The notes beneath the pieces are model-generated. The model ran no database searches, was not told where the DNA came from, and saw nothing but the letters and a program-made list of their open reading frames with translations. Of a stretch of DNA of 64,000 nt, positions 12,873-24,780 are shown piece after piece. The stretch comes from Thalia democratica (Eukaryota). Position numbers and translations under genes: made by a program. Numbering within the stretch: position 1 is the stretch's first letter; every line of letters starts with the position of its first letter. Location of the stretch: assembly GCA_965202585.1 (NCBI GenBank), contig OZ241827.1:51150001-51214000 (forward strand), written 5' to 3'.

Positions 12873-14492
12873 TCAAATGTAAAATCCGCGGCATTTTTTC
12901 GCACCGCAATGGCAAATTTTTCTCTCTTCAATTGACATGTTCAGGGAATCATCAACACCTCCCTGAAGTTGGATCTGATAATCAAAAGTCAATTCTTCGT
13001 TTATCTCTATTGCCCTTCTGGCAAACAGCGCAATACGAGGCACAGATGGATCCAAGTTGTCAACAAAAACATTGTAAACTTGGAGATTTGGCTGGCAAGA
13101 ATGGTTGATAAAGTGAGAGACATTTCCAAAGTTTGTTGCATCAATCACATTGGGATCGTCTTGATTGTCATAGTCAAGATTAAAAAGGTAAGTCATATCT
13201 GTATCCCTTTTGTAATTTACACCCCTGTTATTTGCCTCATTGTTTGTACATACCTCTCCAACATACTCAGTCACAAATGCCCCAAGTGGTATTGCTTCTA
13301 AAGCTTTAACGCCCCATCCCTTACTGATAGTTTTAAAAATACACAACTTGTACCTGCTACCATTCTGCACCACTCGATTAGGACAAGTTGCTGGACAACT
13401 GCATCTTTTGTTACATTCATATATTGGTTTTCCAGCTCCTATAGCTATTAGATCATGTTTTTTGTATGGCATTTTGGCCTGGTTAAACTGATGTGGGCAA
13501 CAATTGTGGCTCTTCATACAATTTTCACTGCAGCTGCAACCTATCATTGGATCTTCTGGGATAATAATATCCACTGGTATGTTGGCATTCACAAATGTAA
13601 AAGATTGTGGAAACGGGTCTAAGTCAACTTCGTTCTCTATACTTACTTGTGGACTACCACTTGTTAAACTGTTAATCTCTTGCTGTTTTAGCATCAGTTG
13701 CTTTCGTTGCTGTTTTTTTGATCTTGCATAAGAGCACACAAATTTAAATGATTTTGGTATTGCAGATAACTGTTTTTCCAGTACTCCACCGCTTTTCTTG
13801 TTCAAGTCAGCACGAAACTTTTTATGCCTAATTTTGCACCAAGAAAGATGTTCAAACAAGGCTTTGTTAAATTCTTTATGGAAATTCACTAGGTGGCTAT
13901 CGCAATGTAAGTTGGAAACTGGTTCCCATGTACTTGCTCTGACAGGCCAATTTGTCCACTTGATCTGATAGTACCTAGTGCCATCCATCCATTTTAAACC
14001 GCCAATATATTCAACTTCTAAGTATCTGTCCATTTTGCGCTTTGTGTTGGTTAAAGTGCTAATGTGAGCTTGAATTTTTGCTTCTTCTGGACTGAGATTC
14101 TCATTTGGTTCAGGTCTGTGGCCACTGTAAAAGTTTGGATAAACTTCCTTTGATACAAGTACTTTTGGTATTTTTGACTTTTTCTGTTTGTTAATTGGTT
14201 GAGATATTGTCAAATTTAATTTAAAGGCCTTTTCTATCAGTTCCTCAGGGGTGCTGATTGCACTAACTGTCACTGGTGTTAATTGAACTGTTTCTTGTAC
14301 ACTTAATGTGCTAAAGTTATTTACCAGCTGATTAGCAACTAATTTTGCATTGTTTTCATACAATTTAGCCTGCTTTTTATCAATCCGAGAACCAATAATT
14401 CCCATTGGATTTACTTCTGTTTTAACCTTGTTTTTCTTTTTGTTCAGTTGAGAGTCTATTAGACCTAGAGAAGGTGATTTTACCTTACCCAT
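12873..14492 (-). CDS. Suv39h: Histone H3K9 methyltransferase, SUV39H/Su(var)3-9 family, 539 aa, single coding exon
   Basis: Chromodomain (LEVEYI...YYQIKWTNWP...STWEP..NL.C), Cys-rich pre-SET (GCSC..NC...CC...IYECNKRCSC...CPNRVVQ), SET motifs (KGWGV, FVTEYVGEV, YLFNLD, HFINHSCQPNL, ELTFDY) and post-SET CHCGAKKCRG. A 3' splice site (CTACAG, 14508-14510) lies 15 nt before the ATG. Confidence 0.93.
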   Translation of the reverse strand: MGKVKSPSLGLIDSQLNKKKNKVKTEVNPMGIIGSRIDKKQAKLYENNAKLVANQLVNNFSTLSVQETVQLTPVTVSAISTPEELIEKAFKLNLTISQPINKQKKSKIPKVLVSKEVYPNFYSGHRPEPNENLSPEEAKIQAHISTLTNTKRKMDRYLEVEYIGGLKWMDGTRYYQIKWTNWPVRASTWEPVSNLHCDSHLVNFHKEFNKALFEHLSWCKIRHKKFRADLNKKSGGVLEKQLSAIPKSFKFVCSYARSKKQQRKQLMLKQQEINSLTSGSPQVSIENEVDLDPFPQSFTFVNANIPVDIIIPEDPMIGCSCSENCMKSHNCCPHQFNQAKMPYKKHDLIAIGAGKPIYECNKRCSCPATCPNRVVQNGSRYKLCIFKTISKGWGVKALEAIPLGAFVTEYVGEVCTNNEANNRGVNYKRDTDMTYLFNLDYDNQDDPNVIDATNFGNVSHFINHSCQPNLQVYNVFVDNLDPSVPRIALFARRAIEINEELTFDYQIQLQGGVDDSLNMSIEERKICHCGAKKCRGFYI

Positions 14493-17400
14493 GGTTTTAA
14501 GTTATAACTGTAGAATATAATGGTAAAAATACTTATTAAAAATAAAACACTGTAAAGTAATTAATAAGTAACTAGATGATCTAACATTATATAAAATGTT
14601 TAATAGAAAATAAAAACTTCAATTAAAAATATAAAGGCACCAGTTAAAAACTGCATTAAGTTTTATTTTAGAATATATTTCTTAACAATTAGTAGTCTAT
14701 ATCTGCTAGTAAAAAAAATAAAATTATTTAAGTATATTGTTACAATTTTCAAAGTTAAAAAAATTGAAACTTTTTGTTGGTATCTTTTAGAGCTGTTAAA
14801 AATTTTTGTGAGTTCAATAAGTTAACCGAAAATTGTAAATACTAAATAATTCTAAATGAATATAAATTTGTGACTATTTTTATGTAAAACTTTACATAGT
14901 TTAATTTTATTAAAAAACTAAAACTAATTTATGAAGCAATTTTAAAATTGAACACACAACTAAACAATCTTAATTTATTTAAGAAAATAAGTAATTATAT
15001 TTTCAAAATATCAAATCCAATTAATTTTAACTACATTTAGTACTAAGACAAAGTTCTTTTAGTACATTACATTTAAGATACAAGATTAAATTAATTCAAC
15101 TAAAAATACAAGAAGCAGTTTATAAAAAAATCTGGTATAAATTTTATATTTTATCATGTCATTTATTTTCAACTCTATTTGTTAATTATTAATTCAATTT
15201 TTCTTTCTTAATGAACTTATTAAAGTATTTAGTCATTAAATTATTCACTTTACAATAGTTTTTTTTGTATTTGTACAATTTACATACAAAAAGATAAACG
15301 CCTTTGTTAAATTGAACTAAATACAAAGTCACACAAACTTAAATTCATGTAAGATTTATATGTGAAAGATACCTACTGAGTCATCACAATACATTTTTTT
15401 TTTTATAATATCAAAAGGTTATCTCTATCAAAGTAGAATGAAATCATTAATTTACAGAATATTTGTTAGTAAAAAGAATTTTTTGAACATAACTAATAGC
15501 ATCATTTAAACAAGCAATACATTAATACACCAGTTTATAAACAAAACTATATATTTATATACTCTTAGCAGTAAAGTTGTAACAATTTTTAAACTTAAAA
15601 TATAGAAAATATTTTTGGTAAAAATGTAATATTTTTTTAAGGCACTGTGCACCAACTAAGTAACTTTTTTAATTTTATTTTCATTATAAAATTAAAATTT
15701 TTTGACATCAATATGTAAAAATAAACAGATGTTATGCAATAAAAAAATTATGGATGCTACTGTATAGAAATACTTAACTAAGAGCAAGAACCTATGTTCA
15801 ACAAAACTGATATTTTATTATCTACAAAAAAACATATTTTAATTTTATTCAAATGTTCTTATGTATTGAAATAGATCAAAAAAAAATTACTAAAAGTTGA
15901 TTCAGTACATTTCAATACTATTAAAATTAAAATATAAAAGTTAACATACTAGTTGAGATAATTAAAACATAAATTTTACACCAGCTAAATTTTTTAATTT
16001 ACAAAAATTCAAGGTTATTTACAAATGAAGAAAAATAAATTACAAGATTACAGAAATTTTATTTCTATAACTTAATAAATATATTTTGGATAATGTTAAG
16101 TTAAACATAAATAATACACTAAACTTCAAAAATTGTAACTTTTCTTTTTTTATGTGTTCAATTTCTTTAATAAACTGGCTGAACTTTTCAAGTTAAATTT
16201 TGCTTTAAGTTAATTATAAGTGAGTTCTAGATTATTACTTTGTTGAACCATTATCTAAATGGAAGTGTATTTTAAATTCAATGTTTTATTTATTTAATGA
16301 TTTTTAACAAAGCTTTTAACTAATATCAGTTTAAAGTTTGACTATTTTATTTAGATTTAGTATAATAAACACCGGTTGTTGTTTGTACAGTACAAGTCAA
16401 ACGTTATAGTTCACCACTTTAAATAAATATTTAAAACATTTTCTTTTGAATGCTTAAGATGTAATAAAACATTTTTAATGAGCATTAATTTAAGTAGAAT
16501 TCTGCCTATTTGTCAGTGAGTTAAATTTATACCAATTTTATGTATATGTCAGCGTTGCACTGATTTTTCCATGTTTCTTTAAGTACAAGTTTTGTTTTAC
16601 TTTTTTAGTAGAAAATTAAGTTATAATATAAAAATATTTTAATTGTATAAAATTACTAAAAATGGTATTGTAATGGAAACCTAATTTTTTTATAATGACA
16701 ATTTAAATTATAGATAAATTATTTTTTTGTTGTCTATAATTGTTATCTTATCTAAAATTAAATATTTTACATTTTTAAACCTTCAAAATTTTAAAGTCCT
16801 ATAGGTCTATTTTTGGCATATATTTTCAAATGTTAGGTTTAACCAAGTAAAATGACCATCTGATGACATGTGTCAGGTTTTGATCTTCTCTATGTCTTAA
16901 TGCCACATATTTCAAAAAAAAACAATTTATATAAAATAATAATATGACAGACGAGTAGTAAAATACCTTTGAATACTAAAATTATGAGTTGAAAAAAAAA
17001 AAAGTTCAATATCACTCTAATAATTTCATGATAAACAAAATTTTATAAGTTAAAATTTCTTGGTTAGTTTTTAGTCATATTTACTTTTCAAAGTTTAATA
17101 CTGTTAAATAATAACCTATAAGCACAAAATAAAATTTTGTCAAAATTAAGAAAAAAATAAGAAGAATCTTTATCAGATCTTAGATAAAAAGTCAGTCTTA
17201 GATATCAGTTTCTTGACATAAAAAAGTTATTATTATTTTAATAGTAAAATAACAAATAAAAGATTTAACTTTTACTATAACTTTAATAAAAAAGATAAAG
17301 ACAAAATCAGTATACAATATAAGGTAAGTTGAAAAATTTGTTAAATAACAAATAATAAATGAATAAAATATAAACTTAAACATAAAAAATTAAATAAAAA

Positions 17401-17689
17401 GTCCAGATTGGAAAAAAGTTAATGTTTTTTTTATTGAATACTTAATAAAAAAGTTAAAATTATTCTACAGCTAAATGATAACATTCTAGGAATTAATAAA
17501 ATGAGTTTTTTCAACTGCTTGAATCAATTATATACTTCTCAAGAACATTAGAGGTTTGGATAAGTTTCAAATGTAAGACACTTGAGGCTGAGATTACTAT
17601 TTTCATATTTAACTGTTCAAAATATAGATTTAATTGTTTGCTAACAAAATATCCTAGTGAAACAAGTTCACTGAAATATAAATAAAAAC

Positions 17690-17915
17690 AAATTATACAG
17701 TAATCTTCCTTTATTGTACCAACATATGCTTCTGTGTGTTAACAAATCAACACACATCAACTGGGTTTTAATGGAAAGAATAACTGATTCCCATCAATTT
17801 GATTTGAATAATGAAATCAGTTATTCTTTCCATTAAAAACCCAGTTGATGTGTGTTGATTTGTTAACACACAGAAGCATATGTTGGTACAATATAGGAAG
17901 ATTACTGTATAATTT
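17690..17915. repeat. Near-perfect foldback hairpin (~100-bp arms, 25-nt loop), MITE-like
   Basis: 17690-17789 and 17815-17915 are reverse complements with about one mismatch and one 1-nt indel. Inner ends read TA|CAGTAATC...GATTACTG|TA. Confidence 0.9.
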
Positions 17916-20900
17916 ATTTTCATATTTAAAAACTTTAAACTTTTTTTTTTAATCTATAAGCATTAAATTTTGTATATGCTAGTTTTATTTAACCTTATAA
18001 AATTTTATATTATTTTCCTTTAAAAATTCAATAAACAGCCCAATAATTATTTTTGATATGCATTGATTTGTCTAAATCCAACTTAAAAAATCACTTTAAC
18101 AAATTATTAAAAAAAAATTTTACATCTTACTATGTCATAGTTATTCTTAGAAAAATATAAAGAATTTAACCTACAATAGTAGGTTTTTTCTCTCATTTTT
18201 ATGCCAATGCATACAGATTTAAATTGGGTAAAGAACTATTTAAAATAGTGCTCCAATGAATAATTATAATACATAACATACTTACAGTAGAAATTTATAT
18301 ATTTATGTAAAGATGAAAGTATTATTAATAAAAGGAGACTTAATTAAAATACTATTTAAAATGACACTTTTAGTTTACATATGAACAAAATAAATATTTA
18401 TAATTATATGAACCAGTATTTTTTTTCAATTTAATATTTTAATTTATTTCTATAATATTTAAAAAAATTCTAAAGATAAATAAGATATTCATTTTATATA
18501 CTCTATAGAAAATTTTCATATAAAAAGAAAGCACATTTACATAAGTTATTTATTATATTATACAATTTTTTGTTCTTATTGGTTGTATTATAATTTAACT
18601 AAACCCTACCATAAACATTTTCTATCATATGTTACAATCAGTATTAACAAGTTTTAGCGCCAAAAGTACTCTTTTGAAAAGAAACCAAACCATTAAAATC
18701 AAAGATGATTTGCTGCAATTACACTTTTCTCAAAGTTTACATGAATAAACAAAACAAATTTAGAATAAAATTGATAAAATAATTTGGCCAAAATAGTTCC
18801 TTTTTTGTTAGATAAAAATTTTTGTATAAAACTAATTTTGTTTAAAAAAACGGAACAATTAAAATAAAGCTTTAAACTAAATTAGTATGTAATCAAGTTT
18901 TCGCAATATCTTATTTGATAAATACTTTCTTCTTCAACACATTTATCTAAACTAAGGGGCCGACCGCTGTTTTGCAAAACCTGTTTTGTGCTAAAAAAAA
19001 AAGGTTTTAGAAACTTTAATTATGGTCAACAACAATTTTGCACGGTCACGCTTCGGCAAGCCTAAAAACCACTGAAAATAAATCAATAATCAGCTATTAT
19101 TCGTAAAAAAACAACAAACATATGATACTTATATTTTATAATTAGAAAATGCTAATTACAACTGCTTTATCAGGTCAATTCAGTTTATTCAGCTAATAAT
19201 GGTAAAAAGTAGGATTGAAAACTATTAATGTACTGCTGCTTTATAGCTTGTCCCATTTGTATAATTTTATAAATAAAAAGATGTCAAAAATCTTACTATC
19301 GCAGCTGATCAAGTTAATTAGCAACAATGATGTTTTTTATACGTGTCAATTATTGAGAAAATAGTCCACCTAAGTATTTAAAAGATAATATTTTTTTTAA
19401 GTTTTATTTATATTTTGTAAGAAGCCTTTTAATAGACTTTAATTTAGATAAAGAACATAATGTTTAACAATCAGGTGCATTTTCTAAATATCTTAGCGTT
19501 TTTAAGGAGAAATAACACATCTCAAAGAAAACTTTTATAAAAACGTGCGCATAGATTCAGATTAAGCATTTAAAATTCCCCTATGTAAGAACATGTTTAG
19601 AAATCTTTATACAAGCTAATGTAAACATAACATATGATAAAAACATTAAAAAAATTAATTTAAAAATGCTATTATCTGTGTAAATTATCTTATTAAATTG
19701 CATAAATTTTTGAAATAAAAAGAAGAAAAAAGTATATTTCTGCAAACAAAATGCATATACTATAAATAAAAAGTATTTAAAACTGTCACATTTTCATCTA
19801 AAATAATTTAAAACTCTAAAAAAGTTTGCCACACACACCCTTCTTCTGAAAAAAAAATTCTCAAAAAGAACCTTATTTGATAACATTTCATTTATTTTTA
19901 ACATAATTTTAAAGACATGCCATTGATGACATAACTAAAAGAAATTTGAGTTTTATCTATTTAGTTGTACAACTTATTTTGTTGTTGTGACGTTATGAGT
20001 TACCAATAGATCGAAAAAAGTTAAAAACGTTCTAAAAATATTTAAAATGCCACTATATAAATTTCGTGGTCGAGTAGCTAAATTGACATGGTCAGTTTTA
20101 GGCAATCTATTTAGTAAATTCATTATTTCATTCATTTCAGTTAACCTCAAAACTTAACTTTAAAGCATTAAATATATGTGTATAAAATCAGAGGCAGCTC
20201 TCTGGGACAGTTTGCTTGAGCCTGTCCTCCGCCGAAAAAAAAATGCTTTATTTAGAAACTTGACATTATTAATATATTTACTTCTGCTTTTAGTTAAATT
20301 TTTATACTGAATTTATTAATGTTGGTATTAGGTAAAACGTAGCACAATTAATACTGTAAGTTAACAACTTGAAAGCAGCTGTTTTTAGTATTAAGTCATT
20401 AACTTATCATGGTATTACACAAAATCTATAACTAGTGAGAGCTTATTTCAATAAAAAAGTCCTTGATAAAATTTTAGTACTACTTTCAGATAAAAATACT
20501 AGTACAAGTATCTCAAACTAGTCATTGTAACTAGTCAACAGTTAAATACGATACATTTTAAAACTTAATTATACAAGCTCACTAATAAAAAATAGACTTA
20601 TGCGCACAGAAATTTTTATTAATTTTTAGTTCAGCATTTGATAATTTTGCTAAATTAAAAAGTTTCCACCATCTTTTTAGCTTGATATACATTTTTTTTA
20701 GATAAGTTTTTTTTAGATCTAAACTTGAGAGATTGCATTTTCTAAAAATTTCGCTCCCTGTTTTTAGATTTTGACATCCTAAACATATTCAAAAGAAGAA
20801 AAATCTGCAAATTTCAATAATCTAAAAACATAGGTTTTTAACTTCTTTTGTATTGTATTCAATGATTATAAATACGTTTAAATCAAGCGGAAATAGTTTG

Positions 20901-21213
20901 GATATAGTTTTTGCACTAAATATCAAAGTTATTTCAAACTTTGTTAACTTACTTTAGGTTTCTAGACCTTAAATACAAGTCATAAGTTAAAACACTTTTG
21001 AAGTTGATTTCCTAAAATTTATTTCTTAAAATTTTGCCTAAAAAAATCTGCTATATACATTTATAGAACATTATAACTTTTTAAATAAAAACTTTCAATA
21101 TTCAATCTGGGTAGATTTTTATCTAACAATGTAATTTTTCAGCTTTTTTAAATTTTAACTGATAAAAACCAAAGCAGAAAATGTCTTAAGGTTTAGAAAC
21201 GTCATGTAATGAA

Positions 21214-22670
21214 ATGAGTGGTAGTGAAACTAACTACAACGCCACTGAAAGTGATTCGGAACCCATCAAGGAAGAGGTTAAAGGTCCAGCATACCAAGAG
21301 CTGACTCAAAGTGACATTCTACAAAGCGCAAAGTTCGAAAAACAAAATTTCATTTCAAATACAGATGGTGTCTGCGAACCAGAGGCCAGACGTTTGCTTC
21401 GAAACAATGGGTGGGACTTTAAAAAAGCTTTGAACACGGTAAGTGGAAGAAAAGAAAGTAAGCGAAAAGAAAGAAAAAGAAGAAATCAAATGGAAATAAA
21501 AGGAGAAAATAAACAAAAGATTTCAGTCACAGATCTGACTGCTAAAACTGATTCTTCCACTTTAGAATACGAAGTCTGTATGGAGGACCTTTGTCCAGAT
21601 AAAAAGGCAAACTTGGCATGCGCACACGTGTTTTGCAAAGAATGCTTGAAACTTTCGATCATTGAAAACATAAACAACGAAAAGGGTGAAGGTTGCAGAC
21701 AGCTTTGAATATCGATGTTATTTTGAACACCTTGGCAAATGAAAACTCCAGTTGGAGTTCTTGCGACTACTCGGCCAGTATTACGTGTACAACAACTAAA
21801 ACACTGCTTGGTGTCCCGGCAACGACTTTAAAATAGCATTTAGGCGTAAAGATGACAGCAACTACAACGTGGAATGCACCAAGGGACACAAAAGCTGCTT
21901 TGGCTGCCAAGGGCCCTGGCACGAACCCTTGGACTGCGAAATGCTCAAAAAGTGGCTCCAAAAGTGCAAGGACGGCAGCGCAACTGCGAACTAGATCGGC
22001 GCATACACCAAACAATGCCCGAAGTGTAGGGTTCATATCGTAAAAAAACGTGGATACAATCGGTGGATACAATCGCATGTGGTGTTGGAAGTGCAAGTAC
22101 GAGTTTTGCTGGCTGTGCCTAGAAGTTTGGGATGCACAGGTGCGAGGCACGCGTTAAATCCAATAATTTTTCGTACCATAAGAGGGTTCTGGAGAGGTGA
22201 CTGAAGTACCACGCGTTTTACGACATGCAAAAGAAGAGTCTCGAAGTCGGGAGCGAGATCATCTTCGAGAGCGTGTATGAGAGGTACCAGAAAACGCGAA
22301 AAGACAAAGATGACACCGATAATTGAGAAGTCCAGTATGACGAAGAAGAAGAAATTCTTGTTACCAATGACAAAGCCGTGGACTGGTTCCAGCAAAACGT
22401 CGTAAGGAAAGCGTGCAAAATCTTGCAGGAGTGCCGAAAAACCTCATGTACTCTTACGTGTTCAGTTTCTACGTGAGGGACGGCACCACCACCAAAACGA
22501 TCTTCGAGGGCATCCAGGGCCACTTGCAGTGCAAAGTGGAACGACTGAGCGCGTTTTTGGAGAGGGAAGTGCACACGCTGAACGAAAATAGCGCGAGGAA
22601 TGAGCTACAGGCCGAGAAGTGCGAGAAGTTTTCAAAGCAGTTGGTTGAATACGTCAAGGAGCAGAGGTAA
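21214..22670 (+). pseudogene. ari: Intronless Ariadne-type RBR E3 ubiquitin ligase pseudogene
   Basis: RING1 remnant (YEVCMED..LACAHVFCKEC, first Cys to Tyr), IBR (WCPG...VEC..GHKSCFGC...WHEP.DC), Rcat (TKQCPKC...FCWLC) and Ariadne domain (LQEC.K.LMYSYVFSFY, IFE..Q..L...VERLS.FLE). Broken by in-frame stops (TAA 21797, TAG 21992, TGA about 22198 and 22324), several frameshifts and a 13-bp tandem duplication (GTGGATACAATCG, 22050-22075). Confidence 0.85.
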
Positions 22671-23248
22671 AAAAAACGTGGCAGTTTATAGAAAGTTTAT
22701 AGCTGTCATCAGGGATGTAGCTTAGACTTGTCTGAATCCTTTAAATATTTGTGGTTTATAATTTTGGTTCAAAACTTTATAGTTATCAGCTTGAAATAAC
22801 TTTAATTACTTTGAGTAAAGTTCTATTTTAAGTAAATTGAACCAGTGCTGAATTTTTAAGGCTATGTCTAATTTCTATGTGTTTGGCAGTGAAAGGTGTG
22901 GTCGTTAAACTGCTTGTAAATCTTTGTTTATCACTTGAAATTTTTATCTTGTCTTTTATATGTATACGACTTCATCATACACTTATTTATTTTAGTTTCA
23001 AATTTTTTTATATTTTTTTTTGACAAATATTTTATAGATATTTCCCTAAATACAGCATTTTTGTTCGAAAAGAGCAAGGTGATGTTATTATATTGTCAGA
23101 CTTGAAAATACTTGAATTTATTGTTTTTATCTTTATAATAAAACTGTATTGTTAACTTAGTTGCATTTATAGATCAATAATCTGTATCAAAGTGAAGAGT
23201 ATATACTTGCATCTAACTAGCTTTTGGCTGGTTTGTAATGAGTAGAAG

Positions 23249-23553
23249 TCTAATATGCACGAAGATACTTTTGCACGAGGGGTAACTTTTGCACGGGTTG
23301 AGACATTTTTATATTAAAAATTAAATTTTTTAATATTTTTTACAATCACTATCACTCCTAACCCTTACCCTAGGTCCGTAACTATTTTTTCTTGTTTCTT
23401 TTACTTTTTTTTTGTTTTGTTTACTTTCGTGTCAAAATGCCATTCGTGCAAAAGTGATCTTCCGTGCACAAATGTCCCATTCGAGCAAAAAATTCTTCGT
23501 GTAAAGATGTCTTCGTGCGAAAATGACTTTGTGAATATTAGATCTGTTCCCGT
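23249..23553. mobile_element. Non-autonomous element with imperfect inverted ends and TTTTGCACG subterminal repeats
   Basis: TCTAATATGCACGAAG at the left vs CTTTGTGAATATTAGA at the right. (TTTT)GCACG repeats at left and inverted CGTGCAAAA repeats at right. Central CCTAACCCTTACCCTA tract. Confidence 0.6.
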
Positions 23554-24459
23554 TTATTTTAGCATTCGGCAGCAATACACTTTGACAAATGAAATATGGT
23601 ATCGTATACAAATTTATTTTACATTCAGTTTCTGATAACTTTAGCTACTTAAAACGAAAACCACGGGAGCAAGCCTATTTAAATTCGGTCGATTTTAAAA
23701 ATGATTTTTTTTTTATGTAGGTTTAATTAATATCTCCAAAAACCTAATCAGTTTTAGAGATGAAGCTAATTAGTTTTCAATTATAGTAACTTTCAGTATT
23801 CTTTATTGATCAATTTATTTTACAAAAAGAAAAAAAAAAAGCCTGTATATATTAATTAGACAATCGTACGCAATTTTTATGTTTTTTTGAAATAACTAGT
23901 AATTCTTGAGTTATGGATCTTAAAACGTTTTTAAAAATTTGATCCTTTTTGTAATCAAAAAAATTTAAATCTATTCAAGAGTTTAAGACAAGTCTTACAT
24001 AGCTAAAAACTGTTTTTATTTTAATACAAACAAATTCAGGAAAAATTTATAATGAATTTGTTTCTGATAAAATCATATTTAAATACAGTAGTGTAATCAA
24101 GTGGCAGCTTTCTAGTATTACTGTTCGAAGCAAAGCATATAAAGGTGCGGTTAGACACGACACTAAACAGTCAATTTAAAAATAAATGCTTTAGGTTTAA
24201 AAAAGAATAAAACTTTTCAATAAAATTAACTACAATAACGAACTATTAAAATACATGACAAAAGGTATTTTATAAATACCTTTAGCTTTCCCGAAGTCAA
24301 ACAAAACTTAACTATTAAAAAATAAGAGTAAACTGAAGCTTTACAGACATTCAAATCAGATGTTCTAATATTTTTAAAACTTTTTCTCAACTTTGCCCAA
24401 TTTATTTTATTTAATACCTTTATAATTGTTTTCAAATAACAAAAACATCTTAAGCAATT

Positions 24460-24780
24460 ATTTTTGCTTTGTAGTTATTACAATTTTTTTCAAACAAAAA
24501 CATCGGTTTTTTTATGACCTTAAAGTCTAAAGTTTTTACGGGTTTTTATAGAAAACACGTTTCCAATAAACTTGGATGAGGTTACAATTCTCATCAATTT
24601 AACCGTGAAACATCGCCATAGATTAATGCACTTTAGTTATACCATTTTTTATTTAAATTTAACAAAAACTGTCAAGAAATACTTTTATGACCTCAAAGTC
24701 CAACTAAGTTTTATGTGTTTATTCTTAGTAAAATTAAGCACGTTTTCAATAAACTTAATAGAGCTTACAATTACTTTTTC
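24460..24780. repeat. Dispersed repeat with internal ~190-bp subunits; inverted relative at ~29150-29520
   Basis: TTTTATGACCT(T/C)AAAGTC and CACGTTT(C/T)CAATAAAC each occur twice here, and as reverse complements (GACTTTAAGGTCATAAAA, TTTATTGGAAACGTGT) at 29.2-29.4 kb. Confidence 0.6.

Noticed and set aside
11557-14510. Acceptors 15-16 nt before the ATG of two co-oriented genes, suggesting SL trans-splicing or an operon
   Set aside because: The downstream gene has a perfect cis donor (AG|GTGAGT, 11637) giving a typical 65-bp intron, so cis-splicing explains it. For Suv39h the donor is unidentified, so trans-splicing is neither supported nor excluded.
16855-16900. CTGATGA, the first half of a hammerhead ribozyme core
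   Set aside because: No stem II followed by GAAA and no closing stems.
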